NCBI GenBank assembly: GCA_964019425.1
Contig: OZ025804.1
Location: forward strand, 744,001-808,000
Reading direction: 5' to 3'
From: Flectonema sp. DT1601
Lineage: Eukaryota
DNA length: 64,000 nucleotides
The notes beneath the pieces were generated by a model. It saw nothing but the letters and a program-made list of their open reading frames with translations, was not told where the DNA came from and did no database searches. Below, piece after piece: positions 58,241 to 64,000 of this stretch (position 1 is the stretch's first letter; each line of letters begins with the position of its first letter). The position numbers were made by a program, and so were the translations under genes.

Positions 58241-59326
58241 ATGTCTTCAGTCAGTCGATGTAGGGAAAGGTTACTTCAATTAAGACAACTGTGTCCAGTA
58301 GATGACGAGACAGACGATGAGTTAGCAGCGAGTGTTCAATTATGTTTATTAAGATTTCAATTAAATTTATCGAAAGAGGAATACCGACTGGAATCTAAAG
58401 TAAGAAATTTACAACAAAAGATAAGAGATTTGAATATCATAACACCACTTCCCTTAGATGATTATCAAGACTCATCACCTACCAATAAGTCATCGTGTAG
58501 TAGTCATGAATCGATATGTTCTATATCAGAGGCATTGCAACTTGTGTTAGATTTGGTTAACATTATTCCACCACGTCATCCTGTCATCGATCAGCTAGAT
58601 GTCGAGTTGGGACTAATTCAACGTCGCAAAGTAATGAAATGTTCAACAACAGAAATACCACCACTGCCATCGGAGAAAACTTCGATAGAAGATATCATTG
58701 TTGAACCTAAAATTGATGAACAATATTCCAATCAGAAGAAAAGTAACTTGAAACGTCACTTAACTGCTCCGAAAACAATAAAGAAGAAATCAACATCGAC
58801 AACAGATGGTATCTGTAATGATCTTTGCTTTGATTTGAGTGGGTTTGGTGGAGTAGTAAATACCGACATAGTAGTATCACCCTCTGCTAGTACAACTAAC
58901 AACATACTGCGGAGATCATCTTTGACATCTGAAGAGGAAGACTCAGTTCTGGGTAGTAACGAATATCTTTTAAAAAGAGAAATTAGAGCTCGTTGGTATT
59001 CCGCGACAACACCGATGCTTGATACGGCTGGTAGATCAATGCCTTGGATACATCCGTATAATACGACGGTACTCACTGCTGCTTCACGAGTTGTTAGAAA
59101 TACTTTTTGGATGCATGTTGCTCGTGAGGAACGTTTTAAATTAAGAGAGCGAGAGAGGGATATATGTATTCGTCAAAAAGAGATAGAAGCGGCTCTCTTA
59201 ATTCAAAATATGTTCAGACTATTCACTGCTCGTAGACTAGTCTCCAACAGACGAATCATCGCATTCGAAGACTTTAACTCTGAGATGAACGAACTACTAG
59301 CCGGTCTCGTTGACGACTGTGACTGA
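58241..59326 (+). CDS. Hypothetical protein with C-terminal IQ (calmodulin-binding-like) motif
   Basis: ~361-aa ORF; AALLIQNMFRLFTARR. Confidence 0.75.
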   Translation: MSSVSRCRERLLQLRQLCPVDDETDDELAASVQLCLLRFQLNLSKEEYRLESKVRNLQQKIRDLNIITPLPLDDYQDSSPTNKSSCSSHESICSISEALQLVLDLVNIIPPRHPVIDQLDVELGLIQRRKVMKCSTTEIPPLPSEKTSIEDIIVEPKIDEQYSNQKKSNLKRHLTAPKTIKKKSTSTTDGICNDLCFDLSGFGGVVNTDIVVSPSASTTNNILRRSSLTSEEEDSVLGSNEYLLKREIRARWYSATTPMLDTAGRSMPWIHPYNTTVLTAASRVVRNTFWMHVAREERFKLRERERDICIRQKEIEAALLIQNMFRLFTARRLVSNRRIIAFEDFNSEMNELLAGLVDDCD

Positions 59327-59470
59327 AATCTCTTTCCTAATGTGAATATTCTTTTTTTTTTGTTATTTGTTCTGTTCTCTTCACACAGATATTATTATAA
59401 TTTTTCAACACCAGGATAATCAGATATTGACATGATATATAAAAAGGACATCAACGCTTAAGACTTTAGT

Positions 59471-62400
59471 ATGGCAATGTTAGGCGGAGGTGGTGGTGCT
59501 CCAGAACTTCGATTCGGAGATCGATTGTGCTTTCAGAATGTCTTAACAGAAGGACATCTAAGCACTGCTTTTATGAAGGGAATGTGTTTTCCTATTGTAA
59601 CCATCCACGAAGAACATTCCACTGATGAAGGGCCACCGACTCAAATTCCCGCTGCTTTTGAAAGATGTATATTCACATTAAAAAGACCTATCGATGACGA
59701 CTATACCGCCACTGAAGAAGGAACAGTTGTAACATACGGTCGTTGGGTTAAAGTTGTTAGTGTGACAAGTCAAAAACAATTAACCGTTTCAATAAAATCA
59801 AATACTCAAGGAAGGTATCACCATGGTAGTCATCTAACTGACCTAACAATTGATATTGAGGAACCCGCATGTGGGCTTTCAACCATTAACGAGACTGGTT
59901 CTCTTAGTCGATTAGAAGACACATTTAGAATCCTACCAAGAGGTAAGATTAGAGAAGAAGGTGAAGCTGTGAGAGCTGGTGAGCAGGTTGTTTTGGAATC
60001 TGTTATCGCTTCTGGATTGTTGTCAGTTGGTGGAGTGTTTCCGAATTGCACGATTTTCACGTCACAAAGTCAACCGGAAAATCACACAATGAGAGCTTTA
60101 GAAACAGTCCCACCGAGCAGTAGTACACCTGAATCAGCGATATGGGTGGTTGACCTCTTTGATCCACCTGGTGAAACAGATGTGACTACTCAACAAAATC
60201 CTTGCCCACTAAAGGCTGGCACAGCTGTATCCATTCTACACAAAGAAACTGATGCTTACCTTGAAGGTCAACCAGCTGGACAACCTCCTTCTATTGGAGG
60301 TCATTCATTCCCAGACGTCTTCTTTAACAGAAGCCAACGTATTGTTGGTAAAGAAGAACCAAGTGTCAGTAGTAACGCTATTTGGATTGTTGAATCAAAT
60401 GAAATGATAAAAGGAGGATTGTTATTAGCTGGAGGTTATGGTAGAGAATATCACTACAGACTACGACATTTAGCAAGTGGTAGATATTTATGTTCTACAC
60501 GAAGACCTGATGCATTAAAGAGAGGAGCACCACGACTAATATTATGCGACAATCTGGTTGAAGAAGAAACCGATTCTCACATCAGTACAGCTGATGGTTC
60601 TCTTGTAACGTTATACCCACTCGACGATTCTGAAGAGTACCTCAAAGAGACTACCTACGCAAGGGTTGAAATGGCTGCTTGTGGTTCATGGCTACATTGT
60701 AACGGAACAGATCTACTCCCTCCAAGACCAACACCACAAGTTGGTGATATTGAAAACAATCGAAGGTCTGTTAAGCTTGATGGATTTGCTCCACTGAGAG
60801 CAACCCTGACATCAAAAATGGTTTACGAAGATATCTACTGCATTCAACAAGTTGATTGGTCAACAGTTTGTAGTGTGAATAGAATTGTGAGTATCATACC
60901 GATATTAAAATCAGTAGCTGACACTCTCTCATCAAATGAAACTTTCGCAAATTGGAATGTTATTATGGGAAGTGGAAGTGGAAATGGAAATGAAAAACGA
61001 ATGAGAAGGAAATCGATAGATCAAAGAAAACCATCGTTAGCTAATCCTGACATCAGGGGTGTAACACCTCCTCAGGGAATGAATACGATGGAAAAAAAGG
61101 ACACGGCGGACTTATTAGTTGCTTTACGAGATGTTATTCATAAAGAATGTGATCCTGAAGGAGAAAATAACAAAGATTATGATGATAGTAAAGTGTTGTC
61201 TCCAACAACAGCTCAGAGATTGCAAGAGTTTACCTTTGCTTCCAGTCCTGATCCGATATTGTCACCTCTCAGTGATGATCACACTTTAGTATCAACTGCT
61301 GCAACAGATACCTCGTCAGATGTATCATCGTTAGCGACTCCACCTATTCAAGTTTCAACTATAAAACAAACCAGACGACCAACACCTATCAGACTAACTC
61401 GATGTATGTATCATCTTGATAGGGGTGATGACCCTGATCGAAGACTCGGATTTATTTGCACTGGTAACATTATTATAAAAGTAGCTAAAGCAGGAGTTGC
61501 TGAGACAGCAGGACTGGTACCTGGAATGAGAATAGTATCAGTTGATGGTTGTGCTGTAGTAGATGACAGTGATAACGTTATGGACGCATTTAGAAGAGCT
61601 GGGTGTGCAATCGCTGTTAGAATTGATCCAGTGATGCAAGACCCTCCTAGTGACACGGATGAAGACGACTACGCAGATATGACTCCACCACCAAGAAAAT
61701 CTGTTGGTTTTGGAGTCACTACTGAAGTATCAAAAAAAGCAAAATTAGGAGTCTCATTCGGATCAAGTCCAATTGTAGACGCTTGTCGTCCAGTAATCCC
61801 ACCTCGTCCTTTTTGGAATACTTCTGTAACAAATGAACCAAAATTATTATTGCGTTCTCAAGTTAGAGCTCTCAAGGTAGTTCCTCCATGTCGTGTTAGT
61901 ATAAATACTGGACCATTAATTAAGAAAGGTGTTAATGAGCTACTTGCTGCAACTTGGACTGCGAATGTTCGACAGCTTCTCGTTGATACGACTGCAGCGC
62001 TTTCGAATTTGATTGCGTTTGTTGTTGGAGAGGAAGTGGGTGATTGGGCGGTTCCAAAACGATCATATCTTCCAATAAAACATCGGGTGTCAGCAAAGAT
62101 GGCAAGCGAATCGTTCAAGCAAACACTTCCTCCTCAACGTGAATTTCAAAAAATGCTTCTCGAGCAGGACATTCAATACCACGTAATCAGACTTCTGAGA
62201 GCTAGTTTCGTCTTAAAGGGTGAGAAGGAAGGATTATCAGGTGGATTACACATAAGTGAAATAAACGAAGTTAGATACCAAGTTCTTCATCGAATACTGA
62301 CTTTAGGTTACAGATTGGTTATGAAGAGTGTGGTTGGGGCACCTGATTTGGCAGTCAATTTAACACATTTTTTAAATTTTTTTGAATCTCAATCTGGATA

Positions 62401-64000
62401 CAGACTAAACACTACTGACACCATCCACGCTATAGTCCACAACAACGACAGGATTCTGAGAGATTTAACTGACGAAATGATATTAAAATTAATCGAACTG
62501 CTGCACAATTTTGGTCGCAGTCCAAGTTACTTAAATCTACTAGCAGCGTTGTGTGTTTGTAATGGAAATGGTCAACTACGATCACAACACATTATATGTG
62601 AACGGTTATTGGAGTGTGGTGATGCACCAGACATCGAAAGGACTCCTTTATTATATAGCACTCGTTTAAAAGACGGTGGGTTGTGGATTCAAATATTACC
62701 ATCTCACCACAGGGAAGCAACACTTAGTTGTAATGATCCAGAGACTTTGTCTTGGGAAAATTTTCCAGTTTTGCTTCGTGATGATGCTAGTCCTTCTGCT
62801 AGTCAAACAGACGTCATCAGTAGGTGGGTCACTCTGGGTGACTTTGTAGCGAAGGAGTCGAGTACCACCATTCGGTATTTCGAAAAACAACTTCACTTGT
62901 TTGCCTGCATCGCTACAGGAAATGACGATTGCGCGATGAAAGTGTCAGCAAAGATACCAAAAAGTCATATTCTTGCTGCACTCGCAAAGACAAAATGGAC
63001 CGAAGATGCAGATGCTGTCCGCACTGGTTTCTTAGAATTAGCTAGAGTAGTTCACTTACATCCAGCAGCTGTTGATTTTGATGACTGTGATGCCGACGTT
63101 CACGAATTCATCGAAAACATAAAAGACTTACTAACACGAGATCTATCTGTTTCCACTAGATTGATAGTTCCTCAAATACAAAAGAATCGACTGGTTTGTG
63201 AGATGTTAAACTGTACGATGTTCTTAACACAAAATGATTTTTTTACTTCTAAAGAATTACAAAATCTCGTACCAGTTCTTTGTAAGGTGCTTGACCCTTC
63301 TGATGATGTTAAAAAAACACTTATTGGAGGTGCTGTTGGGAGAGAAGCAAAGGCTCGACGGGATAGTTTTTGCAACTTAGATCCTGACAGTTGGTCTTTC
63401 CTAGTGAGAGCTATTGAAGAAAGCTTGACTGAAGTCAATCACGCTGACAGTCGTTTCGAAGCTACTGAAGAAAATAAGGTAGTCATGTCTTGTAAGCTAG
63501 TTTGTTGTCTTATATTAGAAACACTTTATAAACAAAAACAACCAATCGGAGATTGGGTTCTATCATCACTATCAGTAAGAGGTCCTTATGGATCCGTCCT
63601 AACTGGAAGACGAGCACTCGTTAAGATATTAATTTGCATTACATTATATAAAGGAAATCAGAAATTGTTTCATGTTGCTTTTCAACTGCTATGTAGATGT
63701 TTAAGTGAAGAAGAAGATGGTTTTATTGAGTGTACAGGAACCTTTGAGGATCCCTCGACTGAACAAGATTCAGAACATCCGGCTATCATTGCATTCGCTG
63801 AATTATTATCACAAGACGTAGCTCATCAAAAGGAACAATTACTCGCAGATGACATGTCAATTGGTGGTAAGCTCACCAGACATTTAGTAAACCATTTCAA
63901 AGAAAACCCATACGATGATACGACAAGTGTTTCACTAGCTCTCAGAGTACTCCGCAGAGTTATCTATTCAGCTAAGAATAGAGATGGTGAAACAGGAATG
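59471..64000 (+). CDS. Inositol 1,4,5-trisphosphate receptor-like Ca2+ release channel, N-terminal ~1510 aa (partial; absent from ORF track), with inserted PDZ domain
   Basis: Manual translation from ATG 59471, spot-checked in frame to the window end: LRFGDRLCF, FERCIF, FRILPRGKIREEGEAV, SSNAIWIVE, YRLRHLASGRYL (MIR/beta-trefoil); REFQKMLLEQ, IVHNNDRIL, YLNLLAALCVCNG (RIH). Confidence 0.9.
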   Translation, partial: MAMLGGGGGAPELRFGDRLCFQNVLTEGHLSTAFMKGMCFPIVTIHEEHSTDEGPPTQIPAAFERCIFTLKRPIDDDYTATEEGTVVTYGRWVKVVSVTSQKQLTVSIKSNTQGRYHHGSHLTDLTIDIEEPACGLSTINETGSLSRLEDTFRILPRGKIREEGEAVRAGEQVVLESVIASGLLSVGGVFPNCTIFTSQSQPENHTMRALETVPPSSSTPESAIWVVDLFDPPGETDVTTQQNPCPLKAGTAVSILHKETDAYLEGQPAGQPPSIGGHSFPDVFFNRSQRIVGKEEPSVSSNAIWIVESNEMIKGGLLLAGGYGREYHYRLRHLASGRYLCSTRRPDALKRGAPRLILCDNLVEEETDSHISTADGSLVTLYPLDDSEEYLKETTYARVEMAACGSWLHCNGTDLLPPRPTPQVGDIENNRRSVKLDGFAPLRATLTSKMVYEDIYCIQQVDWSTVCSVNRIVSIIPILKSVADTLSSNETFANWNVIMGSGSGNGNEKRMRRKSIDQRKPSLANPDIRGVTPPQGMNTMEKKDTADLLVALRDVIHKECDPEGENNKDYDDSKVLSPTTAQRLQEFTFASSPDPILSPLSDDHTLVSTAATDTSSDVSSLATPPIQVSTIKQTRRPTPIRLTRCMYHLDRGDDPDRRLGFICTGNIIIKVAKAGVAETAGLVPGMRIVSVDGCAVVDDSDNVMDAFRRAGCAIAVRIDPVMQDPPSDTDEDDYADMTPPPRKSVGFGVTTEVSKKAKLGVSFGSSPIVDACRPVIPPRPFWNTSVTNEPKLLLRSQVRALKVVPPCRVSINTGPLIKKGVNELLAATWTANVRQLLVDTTAALSNLIAFVVGEEVGDWAVPKRSYLPIKHRVSAKMASESFKQTLPPQREFQKMLLEQDIQYHVIRLLRASFVLKGEKEGLSGGLHISEINEVRYQVLHRILTLGYRLVMKSVVGAPDLAVNLTHFLNFFESQSGYRLNTTDTIHAIVHNNDRILRDLTDEMILKLIELLHNFGRSPSYLNLLAALCVCNGNGQLRSQHIICERLLECGDAPDIERTPLLYSTRLKDGGLWIQILPSHHREATLSCNDPETLSWENFPVLLRDDASPSASQTDVISRWVTLGDFVAKESSTTIRYFEKQLHLFACIATGNDDCAMKVSAKIPKSHILAALAKTKWTEDADAVRTGFLELARVVHLHPAAVDFDDCDADVHEFIENIKDLLTRDLSVSTRLIVPQIQKNRLVCEMLNCTMFLTQNDFFTSKELQNLVPVLCKVLDPSDDVKKTLIGGAVGREAKARRDSFCNLDPDSWSFLVRAIEESLTEVNHADSRFEATEENKVVMSCKLVCCLILETLYKQKQPIGDWVLSSLSVRGPYGSVLTGRRALVKILICITLYKGNQKLFHVAFQLLCRCLSEEEDGFIECTGTFEDPSTEQDSEHPAIIAFAELLSQDVAHQKEQLLADDMSIGGKLTRHLVNHFKENPYDDTTSVSLALRVLRRVIYSAKNRDGETGM

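Overview
Eukaryotic genomic DNA. It is probably euglenozoan, and a diplonemid-like protist is the best guess (inference from three observations: about 20 protein genes all on the + strand, short GT-AG introns, and pyrimidine-tract+AG sites upstream of start codons). Bases 1-7001 hold two head-to-tail, near-identical copies of a GC-rich, poly(A)-terminated element with a period of about 5.69 kb. Its single ORF encodes two ubiquitin-specific-protease domains (the first cut off by the upstream poly(A) junction), two RNase H1 hybrid-binding domains, possible degenerate RNase H folds and a Cys finger. No reverse transcriptase is recognisable. Diverged copies of the element's 3' terminal motif lie nearby on the - strand. 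The rest is a unidirectional host gene cluster: MsrA, a mitochondrial carrier, an AGC kinase, an RRM protein, mL41-like, cytoplasmic dynein intermediate chain, a kinesin-3 with a 39-aa-based repeat stalk, 3x ribosomal P0, an axonemal dynein heavy chain, 2x L23a, a repeat+PH protein, an IQ protein, and an IP3-receptor-like channel with an inserted PDZ domain that runs off the window and is absent from the ORF track. All calls are by eye, with no database searches.
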